DNA of 64,000 nucleotides from Lama glama (lineage: Eukaryota), in contig CM052816.1 of the NCBI GenBank assembly GCA_028534125.1, positions 11,348,001 to 11,412,000 of the forward strand, read 5' to 3'. Shown here piece by piece: positions 1 to 12,588 of the stretch (positions are counted from its first letter, which is position 1; every line of letters starts with the position of its first letter). Both the position numbers and the translations under genes were made by a program. The notes below the pieces were generated by a model. The model had not been told where the DNA came from and did no database searches. It saw only the letters and a program-made list of their open reading frames with translations.

Positions 1-945
1 GGTAGGATTATTATGAGGTTGTAGCATGTAAGAGGCTGTCTTCTTGTATTGGAAATTGGATTATATAATATTAAACCTGACTCCCTTTTAAATATACTCA
101 GATACAACACTGTCTAGGTTCTTCCGAATTGTACTGAATGTATTTTTTATGTCTCGTCTTTTCTCACTGAGTCTCTGGCATAATTCTTACATCCTATGTC
201 ATTCTAGCTGTGAATAATATTATTATAAAGTGCTTTAAGTTTGGTGTTAGTAGCTACTGTGAATTTTGGAAAATAGATAGAAATGTTAGGGGGAGTTTGA
301 AAGTAATATTCCTCCAAGTATCCACAGAAGAGCTCTAACCTCAAGACTTCCAAAAGCCCTCAGGCTGCTTTGATATCTAAGAGGACTGAGTATATTGAGT
401 ATATGAGGTGAGAAAGGAGTGAAATTCAGTAACATATTTCTTGGTTGGTCTGCTGTGATAGCCAGCAAGTTGTCCAATTAGTGCTAGTTGTATTGAAGGT
501 GATTATGGTCTAGATCCAGGAGGAACTGGGAAGTAAAATCATTATTTCACTCCACTAAGGCCACTGAACAACTATGTGATGATAATGACTTTAAATCACT
601 CACAACCCATGCCACAGATGAACTAGGAACTTGGAGGTAAAAAGCTCCATTTCACATTATCAGTGCTTAGGGACTTTCAATCACTCTCATCTTTCCTCTA
701 AGTGCCTTAAATCTTGTGTAGTTGCAGACTTAAATTTCAACATTTTCAATGATAAGAGAGGTCTGGGATAAGAAAAGATAGTAAAACCACAAAGAATGAT
801 CCAGGAATTTTATTGACAGTAATGAACTACATGGTGAAACATCAAAGCAGATGTGTTTTGTCACTTAGAAGCTTGATTGGGTATTAAGGCTTCTTTGAAA
901 TAGTTTGATTCAAAATTGCTTAGGATGATGAGGGAGGTCTGTTTC

Positions 946-980
946 AGAGAGAGAGAGACAGAGAGACAGAGAGACAGAGG
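946..980. repeat. (AG)n/(GACAGA)n microsatellite
   Basis: agagagagagagacagagagacagagagacagagg. Confidence 0.85.
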
Positions 981-2390
981 CAGATATGCAGTAAAAAGCC
1001 TTCTGCATAAAATCTGCTGGCAGGACTGGTCACTGCTTCCATAAGAAAATAATTTGGTATCACCAATGTGCATGTTGAATTTCAATAGCTATTAAGATGA
1101 GTTGTATTCTTCCCCCAAAATAAGACCATGGCTGTCATGAAGACTGTATCTGCTCCTTTCCCATTTTAATTTTCAGGGTTTGTGCTATGTCTGGGGATAG
1201 ATTGTGTGGCCTCCGCAGAGTTTCTCCAGAGACTCTTAGGCAGTGTTTGCCTTCATGGTAGTTGCAGGTAATTGCTCTGTAAGCCCCAAGATCCCTACTA
1301 TAAACTTGGAGTCCTTTAGTCTTTGTTTCCCAAGGAAAACAGAATGCCTGAATAACTTGTACTCCTGGCATAGCCGCCAGCTGCGTTAATGTCTCCTTTT
1401 ATCTTTTTTTAAATCTTACCCCTCTCAAGCTAAGCTTCATACTCTCAAGGCAACATGAGGGAGTGTAGTTCATGGACCACCCAGCAATCTACTTAAGAAA
1501 GGGCTGTGAAGTAATTCAGAATTATCTTTTGTTCTGTGTATCAGGTTAAGCATAACAAGCCACACTACACTTAGAATGAGATATGAATCCAGAACCAGCA
1601 ATTGTAGTCATTTATGGTGTTTTTACACCAAATAAAATAAAACCGTTTGATGTTGAGATGTCTCAGAATTGCTGAAATAAATAAATTTCTTTTGGGCTCA
1701 GTTGTTGGCAGGATTGTTGGATCATAAATTTCTTCAAGAGACAAGTGCTTTCTTTGCCAGGAGCCATCTTTTATCAGCTTGCACAAGGGCAGATCAGGAA
1801 AATCTCAAGCAGTGGAGGGTTGGAACTAATCCAAAAGCTCAAAATTCTAAAATCTGTGCCCTTTCCCCCTGCTCTCCTCCTTTGCTCCTTGTCTTGTCAG
1901 CTTAATACATTTCCATCCTTGGAGCAAAACAAGAAACTGGTAATGCTGTTTGTTAGAGTAGTAATTCTTTCTCCAAAAATGTCTTCCAAAAAAAGCTACA
2001 ACTCTTGCAGTTTTAAATATTCCAGGAAGCAAGACATGAAAGCAAAATAAGTTTTAGGCTTTTTGATAATCTGAAAAATGGTTAATTGAAGCAAATTAAA
2101 ATTGATCTGAAAGAGCATATAGGATAATGCTCAAAAATGTACTCAGTCCCTTCCCTTGGTTTGTAATTCCAGGAGATATGTTATACAGAATCTCTGCTAG
2201 TCTTTGATCTGAGTAAAAGCTGACAGAGGATGAAGATTTGTTAGATTTAGCTTAGCTTTCTGAGAGTGGGTCCTATTTCATCATCTGATGAAAATATTTT
2301 TAGATACAAGAACCAATGTGTTTAAAACGTGAATTATCAGACTCAGGCATGGGTTTGACTGTAATTAAATGTTAATCTTTTTTGCTGTAG

Positions 2391-2596
2391 ACCTTTCCAA
2401 AGTGAAACTGATGAGATTTGATGATCCACTGTTGGGACCTCGGCGAGTTCCTGTCCTGGGAAAAGAGCACACTGAGAAGACCCCCATTTCTGAGCATGCT
2501 GTTTTCCACGTGGACCTCATGAGCAAAAAAATTCATCTTTCTGAAAATGGGCTACGGGCAGATATCGGTGATACAATGGTCTATCTGGTTCATTAA
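2391..2596 (+). CDS. LARS1: Leucyl-tRNA synthetase 1 (cytoplasmic), last coding exon
   Basis: Acceptor ttttttgctgtag ends at 2390. The exon reads (D)[67 protein letters not shown], which I recognise as the mammalian LARS1 C-terminus. TAA at 2594-2596. Upstream exons lie outside the window. Confidence 0.97.
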
Positions 2597-2770
2597 ACTC
2601 ATACACGCTGGAGCTTTATCCTGGTTTCTGGGGATATTACTACTCCGGCATTACTGTGTGCCTATAGATGGGCTATGAGAACCTTAGGGTGGACCTAAAT
2701 AGATTTCATTTCCAACCATCAAATTCTGCATGTAATCAATTATACCAAGTTATCTTGGGTTCCTGGACCT

Positions 2771-2776
2771 AATAAA
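2771..2776 (+). terminator. LARS1: Candidate LARS1 polyadenylation signal
   Basis: AATAAA about 175 nt after the stop, followed by T-rich sequence. Confidence 0.55.
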
Positions 2777-5303
2777 ATTTTTTCTTCCCTTCTTGAGGCC
2801 TCAGAAAGAAATAGTTTGTACCATACTTTGCTTTTTTTTTTTTAAAACAAATTATTGCCATTTTCCAGAAGCTTATAGTATTTTAGATGAACACAAAAGT
2901 GTCAATATGCTTTTTGTATGAGGTATACTTCATACTGTTTATGAAGGCTAAGGAGTATCTAACACCTTTTTATATTATATCCATTATGTAGTTCGCTGTT
3001 TTTCTTCTTTAAAAAGAAAAGAGTAAATTAGACAGCTAGTTTTGATTTTTAAAGAAGAGAACTCTTACGATTTTAGAAGAACAAATGAGAATATTTTGAC
3101 TTGACTGTATGATCACTAAGTATTTTGTATAAAGGACAAAAGTTCTTATATTTATAAGAATTTTTTAGGCTTTAATGTATTTAACAACCAATAGTATTTT
3201 TTAAAGGGATAATCAGTAGTTATTTATAGCTTATTCAATCTACACTAAATTTAGTTGTTCTAAAAGAGAGGATTTTTTCCCCCCAGAAATCTGCATTTAT
3301 CACATTTGTCTTGAGTCCAGTTGTGTTTAAAGATCACACAAACAGTATTTCATACTTATTCTTTTATTCTTTCTAGAATGTCTTTTGGTATTATCTGTAC
3401 TATTTGTTTTCATATGAGGAAAAGATACTAGGTATTGATTGACAAGACAAAAAACATTTCCATTTCTTTTAGGGTTTAATATGAGGACAGACCAATTCTG
3501 ATAGTCCTAAGGAACCTGAATTCTAAATTTCAGTTCATGTAAAAAGATTTTACTGAGCTTGTTTTTTTTTTTGCTTTATACAATTTGCGACTGCTGGGCC
3601 TAGTTGAACTCTTTATCATAGATTCATTAAAGCAAATCATAGAACGTTAGTACTGAAAGATCCCTTAGAGATCATCAAGTACAAATCACTCTTTATCTGC
3701 TAGGAGCAGGCATTGTATCAGAGTGGGTAAGATTCCAGGCTCTGAAGTCAGACTAGCTTAGTTAGATTTCCATTTCTTCTATTTGCTACTTGGGTGGTTT
3801 TGGCCCGTTACTCAGCCTGCTTCTTTATCTATAAGATGGAACTAATAATGTACCTATTTCCCTAGGCTTATTTTGACATGTTGAGATGAAACAATCTAGG
3901 AAAATCTTACTTACAGTATAGTGCCTGGCAAGTGGGAAACCCTCACTAAATGTTCCTGATGGTGATGATAATAACGATGAACCTTCAGTAAATGTTGCTG
4001 AAGACTCCTCCCCTCGCTAATACACCAGGGTAGGTTGGCTTAAGATTGCTCTAGGCCAGAATCATGTCATATTTGTTTGGTTCCTTTGGGGCAACAGTTT
4101 CATTGTTTGCCCTCCTTTAGATTCCTTTTCTGCTCCCTCAGTCTGCATAGCCTTAGTTATTCTCTAAATCAAAGGAATCCTTCCTGTTACCTGAACAAAG
4201 CCTACTATGTTTAACTTAGGCAAATTAAATGAAATGTGTTTGGCAAAAAAGAAAAAAAAAGGAGACAGGAAAATAATTTTAATATTGTGAGTATCTATTT
4301 TATTAAATGATGAGCCTATGAACCTCTGCTTTCTTGGATTAAGTGTAAGTCGGAATTCATGGATTCTCTGTTCCCTCAGTCTCAGTTCCTGTGCGTCTCT
4401 CTTAGAATAAATGTCTTGCTGGGCTGAATATATTTTTTGTGTTTAAAGATACAGATTTCGTATAAGGATACCTCTGAGCATAAGCCCATTATCTCATCTG
4501 GTGCACAACTGGAAAAACAGCAGTTAGTTAAAATGCTGAAGGAAAAACAAGCTGTCTTGGGCTTGTTGTATTATAGGAGGTTGGTACCTTCCTAAAGAAT
4601 CTCAACTCTTTTTAAGTTGTAAAATATACATACATAAACAAAGTTGTAAAATACATACACATAGACAAAAAGTGAAAAACAATAAGAAATACATAACATA
4701 CACAACAAAATATATGAAATACACACAAACAATGAACAACAAAACAGCATTTATCAACAAAGCAAAAACCTGTGTGATCACCACCCCGTCAAGAAATAGC
4801 ACCATCCCAGCACCTCAGAAGCCTGCCTTATGTCTCCTCCTATAAAGACAAGCGTATGGCCAAGTGTATGAACATTCTTCATACATGTTCCATGTGAGCT
4901 TGAAAAGAATGTTTATTTTGGAGGTGTAGAGTTCTATATACGTGCGCTGGGTCATAGTCGAAGATTGAATTGTTCAAATCTGTATCCTATTGTTTTGTTT
5001 TCTTGGTGTACTCTTTGTTTTAGAGAGGTGTACTAAAATCTCTCATGACCTTGCATTTACCTGTTTCTCCTCCTAGATCAGGATTTGTTTTATATATTTT
5101 GATGCTATGTTACTAGATATATATAAATTTAGATTCTGGTATCTTTCTTGTAAATTGAACTGTTCTAATTAATTAGCAAGTGTTCCTTTATTTTTAGAAA
5201 TTTTTTTTGCCTAAAGGCTACTTTGTCTAACATTAGTATAATAACATTAGTTTTCTTTTGGTTAGTGTTCATAGAGACTGTCATTTTCTATCCTTTTACT
5301 TTT

Positions 5304-5482
5304 TAAAAAAATATTTTATTTTTTATTTTATTTTATTTATTATTGTATTATTTAATTATTTTATTTTGGCAGAGGGGGAGGTAATTAGGTTAATTTATTT
5401 TTGGAGGAGGTACTGGGGATCGAACCCAGGACCTTGTGCATGCTAAGCATGCGCTCTACCACTTGAGCTATACCCTGCCCCC
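5304..5482 (-). mobile_element. tRNA-derived SINE (camelid Vic-1-like)
   Basis: Reverse strand reads ggggcagggtatagctcaagtggtagagcgcatgcttagcatgcacaaggtcctgggttcgatcccc (Pol III A and B boxes) plus an A-rich tail. TSD tccttttactttt at 5291-5303 and 5485-5497. Confidence 0.9.
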
Positions 5483-7125
5483 TGTCCTTTTACTTTTAAC
5501 CTTCTATAGTTTTATTTTATTTTCACACTTTATTTTGACGAATTTTAAACCTACAGAAAAGTTAAAATAATGGGCCAGTAAAAATCCATAAACCTGTCGC
5601 CGAGATTTACCAATTGGTAACATTTTGCCCCATTTGCTTTTTCTCTCTTTTAATATTTTTAAAAATGAGCTTTTAATTTTGGTATAGTTTTAGCTTTATA
5701 GAAAAGTTACATCAATTGTATGGAGAGTTCCTGTATACCCTTCACTCAGTTTCTCCTAATGTTAACATTTTATATATACCTTGGTTCAGTTGTCAAAACT
5801 AAGTAATTAATACTGATATGCTACTATTAACTAAAGGCTTCATTAGGATTTCACCAGTTTTTGCTGTTACAGGACCCTATCCAGGATACCACCTTCCATT
5901 TAGAATATACTTTAAAAATTTTTTGAACCATTTGACAGTAGGTTGCAGATACCATGATAATTCCCCTTTAAATAGTTTAGCATGTAACCCTTAAGAACTA
6001 GGACATTCTCCTGTATAATCACAATATACGTTTATCTTGCCCAAGAAATTTTATATTGGGCATGTACTTTATAAGCATGTTATAGTTTAGCAATAATATT
6101 AGGTAATAAACTTTCCTAATACAAATGAGGTAATAATATTTCCCCAATATCTCATCATAATGTTTTATTTCAGGATCTATTCAGAGACTAAGCATTACAT
6201 TTTGTGGTCATGTCTTCTTGATCTCCTTCACACTAGAACTGTTTCTCTTTCTTTTTCAGTCTTTGATGACAGTTACATTTTTGATGACTCCATGTCAGTT
6301 GTTAGTAGTTTGCCTCACAATCCAGATTTGTGTATTTTCTCATGGTTTGATTCAGATTTAAAAGTCTTTGCAAGACTGCTACATGGGTGATATTTCCCAC
6401 TGCATCATGTTTTCATGATGGTCAGATTCCTATATTGTCAGTGTGTTCCCATTACTGATGATACTGAGTTTGATGACTTGGTTAAAGTAGTATCTTCAGA
6501 TTTCTCCATTGAAAAGTAATCTTTTCCCTTTTGTAATTAATAAGTAGCTGTAAGGTGATATGTTAAAACTTATGTAAATATACTTTTTGCCAGCAAACTT
6601 CCGGGAAATGGTAGCATTCGTGGATCATCTTTCTGCCAGTTACTATGCTGGTAGTTGTAATAAGGTGAGTTCTTAATGTTACCATTTCTTCTACGTTTAT
6701 TAGGTATCATTCTTCTGTAAAGAAGAGGTTCCCCCTTTGCTTCCAATTTTTGTGTTTCATCATTCTTTTCAAACCACCGTGGACCAATGGATTCTAGTTT
6801 TTATATATGTTATGATCTGTTAACCATCATTATGCTTTGACTGCTCAAATATTCCTGAGTTATCCAGTGAGGCTGGATCCATTCAAGTCAGTCCTTTTGA
6901 CATCTCCCCGTCAGTCTTGAAACATTCCTTTGCTTACTGGCACAACAAGCCCAGCTCACCTTATATTTTCCTGTCTCAGAACAGCAATCAGTTTTTTTCT
7001 CCAAGGAGCTCTGCTTTGTTTTAATGGAGAATGGTATTAAGAAACCAAGATCTGGGTGTTTTGTGTACTCATCACTACTAAGTTGTAATTTTTTTTCTTT
7101 AGACCTTTCCAATGGGCAGAGCTAA

Positions 7126-7186
7126 GATATATATATATATATATATATAAAATATCTTAATTATATATAATATATATTATATATAT
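7126..7186. repeat. (AT)n microsatellite and AT-rich tract
   Basis: atatatatatatatatatatat followed by degenerate AT repeats. Confidence 0.9.
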
Positions 7187-9328
7187 TTTTTAATTATAAT
7201 TTTATCTAATACCAAACTTCTTTCTTGCCTTCTCCCTGTAAATATTTGTATAGTTCTTCTCACACAGTGAGAACTCTGGTTCCCAAAAACCTCAGTGTAT
7301 TTACTCGTTTGGTCTGTTAATAATTTCAGAATTGCCGATCTGAGCAAGTGTTGGCAAGACTGCTACATGGGTGATATTTCCTACTGCATCATGTTTTAAT
7401 GATTGTCGGATTCATACATTGTTCATATATAATCGGCTACTATTGGTGTCAGATTTACTAAGTAGAGTTCTAAAACACATATGTATATATTATGAGAAAA
7501 AAAAATATGTTTGCAGTTCTATGTCCTGAAAACGTATCTCACTAAGGAATATAGTCAGATCACTGTGTTCAAATGTTACTTGGACGAATTTCTTTTCATT
7601 TGTGGCTTTAATATAAAGTCATTTGTTTCTCTTTTTATTCAGTTTTAAGGTTTGCTTTTTTCCCTTTTTATTTATTTTTTGAATAAGTAAAATACATGGT
7701 TCAAAAGTCAAAACTATATCCATTCAGAGAATTTTTACTCTCTTGCACCACATTCCCCCGCTCTGTAGCTAATTGTTTTCATTGGTTTCTAGATTATCTT
7801 TCCTGTTTCTTTTTCCAAAAATAAGCAAATATTAAATGTACTTTAATCTCTTTTCTCATGTAAAAAGTAGAGGTTATATATAATTGTTTTATACCCTGCT
7901 TTTTAAAGTTAACTATTTTTTGATAAATATATATAAGTATATATTTATATTTTTTATTTTAGTTCCCAGAGATCTGTTTCTTTCTTCCTCCTCCTCCTTT
8001 TTTTTCTCTCCTCCCCTCCTGTCTCTCTTCTCTCTGTTACACTGTACCATAATTCATTCAACTACTCTCCAGGGGATGGGCATTTAGGTTGTTTCTAAGT
8101 TTTTGATATTTTATAGAATCTGTATAGAATTATATAGTGAGTAACTTTGTGGATATGTGGTTTTATATCTGGAAGTTTATCTTAAATTTCTAGAAGTGGA
8201 CTTGTAGGTCCAAGAGAAAATGCACATGTAGTTTTGTTAGCTGATAACCTAGGCAAAAAAGCATATTAGACAGAGGGTACAGCAGGTGTAAAAGCTCTGA
8301 GGAGAGGCATGTGGCTGGTGTGCTGAAGGACTAGCAAAGAGGCCACATGAAGACACAGGTCTAGATGGCAAGTGACCTGTCCAAGACCCTATACACTAGT
8401 GATGGAGCTGAGTTAGAGCCCTGGCCTCCATATCTCCAGTCCATCACAACACACTTATTAAACAAGGAATGCATGCATGGGAAATAGGAATGTATTTGGC
8501 TAAGGCCAATGTTGTCAGGGCTATTTGGTTAGAGGAGGGAGAATTTTCTATGGACCAGAGTCAGATAGACTTCACAGATGAGGTGGGACATGAAGGATGG
8601 TGAGGACTGGAATAGCAGCTTGGAGAGCAGGGCCACATTCCTAGCTTTCAGAACTAGATGTGGATAAGGGCCTGGAGGTGAAAACAAACGCATGGCTTGT
8701 TTGGGAGATGATGCCAGGAATGGAATGTTTATCTTGGAAGAATAAGAGAGAAGTTGGAAGCAGGTAAGTAAATTGGGCCGCCTTATAAAGGTTCTTGGAT
8801 TCCAGGAAGAAATTTGAAGTTGATTTAATTACTTGCAGAGTCACTGCAGATTCTTGAGGTGGGAATGAGATGATGTGTTACTTCATGTCTTTTGTAGTTT
8901 GTGGTAGTTATGTCTGTTTTTATCTTGAAAAATTCATTCATTTAGTCATGCTAATGATTGTTTACTAGATAGCTGTGTACCTGGCTCTGGTAGGTTCTCA
9001 GTGTTTGATGATACATTGTTAAATTATTTTCTCTCAATATTTTTGGACATAATTTCACATCTGTATTAGAGAATACTCAGATGCCGCCCAAAACTTACAG
9101 CATCAATTAAGTCTTCTGATTGCCCACTGCCATCCTAAGAGCTTAATTGGTTATAAGGTAGGGGAAAAAAAACACCTCACACATGAAAAACAAAAAACAG
9201 GATAGAACATGATCCTTGCTCGTAAGAGTTTAAGGAATAAGACAAAGAAATCTTGTGTTTTCACTTTGGAAGAGTAGGTGGTAATTTGTTCTATCCCTTG
9301 TTTTCCTTAGATTGGAGTTAGGCCTGGA

Positions 9329-9545
9329 GCTGTGCTGCCCAGTAATTTAGCCTCTCACCACGTTTGTCTGTAGAGACCTTGAAGCGTGGCTAGTGAATTG
9401 AGGTGTGCTACAAAAGTGTAGAATACACTTCAGATTTCAGAGACTTACTGTAACAGAGAGCGTAAAATACCTCAATAATTTTATTTTATATTGATTACAT
9501 GCTGAAATGGTATTATAGAGATATATATTTTAAAGTCACTTTGAG
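9329..9545. mobile_element. hAT-Charlie DNA transposon relic (MER3/MER33-like)
   Basis: gagctgtgctgcccagta...gtggctagtgaattgag...aatacacttcagatttcagagactta...ttatattgattacatgctgaaat. Confidence 0.7.
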
Positions 9546-9573
9546 AGTTTTTGTTTTAAAGATACTTTTTTTT

Positions 9574-10073
9574 NNNNNNNNNNNNNNNNNNNNNNNNNNN
9601 NNNNNNNNNNNNNNNNNNNNNNNNNNNNNNNNNNNNNNNNNNNNNNNNNNNNNNNNNNNNNNNNNNNNNNNNNNNNNNNNNNNNNNNNNNNNNNNNNNNN
9701 NNNNNNNNNNNNNNNNNNNNNNNNNNNNNNNNNNNNNNNNNNNNNNNNNNNNNNNNNNNNNNNNNNNNNNNNNNNNNNNNNNNNNNNNNNNNNNNNNNNN
9801 NNNNNNNNNNNNNNNNNNNNNNNNNNNNNNNNNNNNNNNNNNNNNNNNNNNNNNNNNNNNNNNNNNNNNNNNNNNNNNNNNNNNNNNNNNNNNNNNNNNN
9901 NNNNNNNNNNNNNNNNNNNNNNNNNNNNNNNNNNNNNNNNNNNNNNNNNNNNNNNNNNNNNNNNNNNNNNNNNNNNNNNNNNNNNNNNNNNNNNNNNNNN
10001 NNNNNNNNNNNNNNNNNNNNNNNNNNNNNNNNNNNNNNNNNNNNNNNNNNNNNNNNNNNNNNNNNNNNNNNNN
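9574..10073. other. Assembly gap (500 N)
   Basis: Run of exactly 500 N, probably a placeholder of unknown true size. Confidence 0.99.
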
Positions 10074-11711
10074 CTGGGGAGGCCCTGCAGGGTCCTGCTC
10101 AGTTTCATTTCTCCCCTTTTCTTTGATACTCCTCAATTTTGAGGAGAACAGGGGTGGGACAAGAAAGGGAATAAAGTTTGGGACAGAGAGGTTAATCATA
10201 AACTTGGGAACTTTGTCTTAGGGGACTTGTTTTCAATTATTTCTTTTCCGCAAATAGTTGTCATTCCTCTTTCTTTCTCTTTTCATTTATTTTCTTCTTA
10301 AGTGAAAGAGCTGTGTGGCATTTGGCTTGGTTGCTTCATACAATAAATGTTTGATTCGAAAAGATGAGACAAATGACATTTTATAATATGAAATTGGCTT
10401 ACATGTGCAATGGTTGCTCATTTGTCATGGGAATTTTATTGTAAATCTTTTTTTGCAAAGCTAGTCATCACTTCTTAATTTAAGATATTCTTATAAACTT
10501 GAATTTCCTGTGTAGCACATTTAGTCCACAAATTACTGAGTGCTTACTGTGTTCCAAGCACCGTGTTAAGCACTTGGAATAGAGTGGTAAGCAGAAGAAA
10601 CATGGCTGTCCTTCACGCAGGAGGCATCCTTACGGTTAAGAAGACAATGAGAGTTGCCCAGAACCTAGTGAGAGAGGGCAATTATGAAGCTATATCTGAA
10701 GGATCTTGATTTGGGAGGTATTATATAGGCTTTTGCTAATAGCCCTGTTCAAGTAAATGCTTTGAAGTGCAGAACCCTAAACAATCATTCTCCATGGGTC
10801 TGATGAGAATATATAGTATAGTTGGCAGTTTTCCTCCTGTTGTCTTTCTGATGTAGCACTGAATTATGATTGCAGACCCGTCCTCTCAAACGTGTGATTT
10901 TCTCTTAATTTTTTTCCTGTAGGGACATTTCCCCAGTGTCTCTGTTGTCCACACCCCCCTGAGGCATGCTCTGGAGGCTACTTCAGAGGCTCCTAAGACC
11001 CTGAAGATAGGGAGCAGTAGGGAGGCGGTCACCAGCCAGGCCCTGCTTTGTTCACTGGGTTTATCTGGGCTGTAGGAAAGCAGCAGCACCGCTTTCCTGC
11101 CGTGATCAGTGAGGTCCATGGAAGAGTAGGTGATTTCTAAAAGTTCTAAGAAGCCTTAGAGGTTTGACAACCTAGCATAGCTCAGACTTTTAGGAAGCTG
11201 TCTTTCATTAGGTGGTTTCAAGCACGATATTGGCTGAAAGACCTTATTTTCTGTCTCTGCTTTCAGGTTATTTGTGGGACTCATGTGATCTTGCTGAATT
11301 GGACTAGCGGCCCCGGGGATGAGGAGAGGCCCCTACTGCTCCTCAGCTACCTGGCAAGGTAGAATCTGTAGCCTTTTGAGTCTCCTAAGGAGAAGTCAGG
11401 TGACACTTAGCTAGGTAAATGTTTGCTAGAGTTCGCTCTTAAAGCAAAAGGATTTTTCCACCAAAGATAAGTTTTCTTTTTATTCAATTTACACTATATA
11501 TTCAGCAATATCTCCCTTCAAATTAGTAAGAGGGACAGGCCCACAGTTAGGTGTATAAGGTGTCTGTCAGTTACACTGTGACCTCAGGTTCCGGAATATC
11601 AAGGCAACATTCTTTAGATGTTTCACTTTGGACTGAACCTAAGTTTAGAAGCAGTCAACTTGTTGTCAAAGGGAAAAGGATATCCCATGTGACCAGAAAA
11701 CACCTGTTACT

Positions 11712-11836
11712 ATGAGTTGGTTTGGGAATTACTTCTCTAAGTTTCCTGAGGATGTTTCCTTTCTCAACGTACACTCACCTCTGTTGCTTTCGCTCATACC
11801 ATCTGAAGATGAACAACATTTTATCTCCAACTTGAG
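11712..11836 (+). CDS. PLAC8L1: PLAC8-like 1, coding exon 1
   Basis: Hand translation from ATG 11712 gives MSWFGNYFSKFPEDVSFLNVHSPLLLSLIPSEDEQHFISNL(R), resembling the PLAC8L1 N-terminus. Donor AG|gtagg at 11836/11837, phase 2. Confidence 0.88.
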
Positions 11837-12476
11837 GTAGGGAGTAGGGTGATTCCCCCCCACCCCTCACCAGCTTTTGCTCTTTGGTTGGAATATCAAA
11901 TCAATGTCTTCTTATGAGGAGCCAGGAAAAAGAAAACTGGGCTCGGAAAGAAAGTAGCTGCTATCATTTCCCATGTGCACTTGAAAAGGGGGCAACTGAT
12001 TAGTTCCTTCTGGCCTCACTTGGCTGGTGGAAAGAGAAGAGCTGCCTTGGGTGGAAGGGTGTCTCTTTATTTTAACTTAAAATGTTGAGCCCTGACCAAG
12101 TGAAACTTTATTGCTGGTGGCTGCCAGTAATTTCCACCCTTTTGAAATCAAAGCTCAAGGGTTTTGGCTTCAGTTAAGAGTTTGAAATAACTAAGGAGGC
12201 CTCAGTGGAAGGCAGAGCAAACTCCTAGTACTTCAAGTTTCATTAAGGAAGAGAGCAACATGAAACACCCCAGCCGAAGCACCAGGTGTGTGGGGACACG
12301 TGGTGGGAAATGTGCTGAGCTACCGAAAGAGGGGGAAGGCAGAGTGAGGCTGAGAAGGAGGAGGACTGTATCTCATCCCTCTCCTGACACTGTCGCTCCG
12401 TACGAGGCAGTAACTGGAATGACTGGAGATAGCCTCCTGCCTCCCACCAGTGGAAGCCTCTCTGCTTCTGTCTTTT

Positions 12477-12588
12477 ATAGTGACCAACCCCCTTGGTTTG
12501 GCTGGGACTGTCCTAATTTTAGCACTGAAAAGTTTTCCATCCTGGGAAAACCCTTAGTCCAGGGCAAATTGGGATGATTGGTCACCCA
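12477..12588. mobile_element. hAT-Blackjack MITE (MER81-like)
   Basis: About 112 bp with terminal inverted repeats gtgaccaa ... ttggtcac and internal tgggactgtcctaattttagcactgaaa. Confidence 0.75.

Larger units (their letters stand above)
4860..8230 (-). mobile_element. Cluster of old nested L1 fragments (L1M-type)
   Basis: T-rich decayed L1 motifs, e.g. catgtgagcttgaaaagaatgtttatttt, gagagttcctgtatacccttcactcagtttctcctaatgttaacat, ggagaatggtattaagaaaccaagatctgg. Boundaries are approximate. Confidence 0.7.

Noticed and set aside
9499..10221. Long ORFs (190-240 aa) in the track here, and similar ones at 48274-48991
   Set aside because: Artefacts of translating through N runs.
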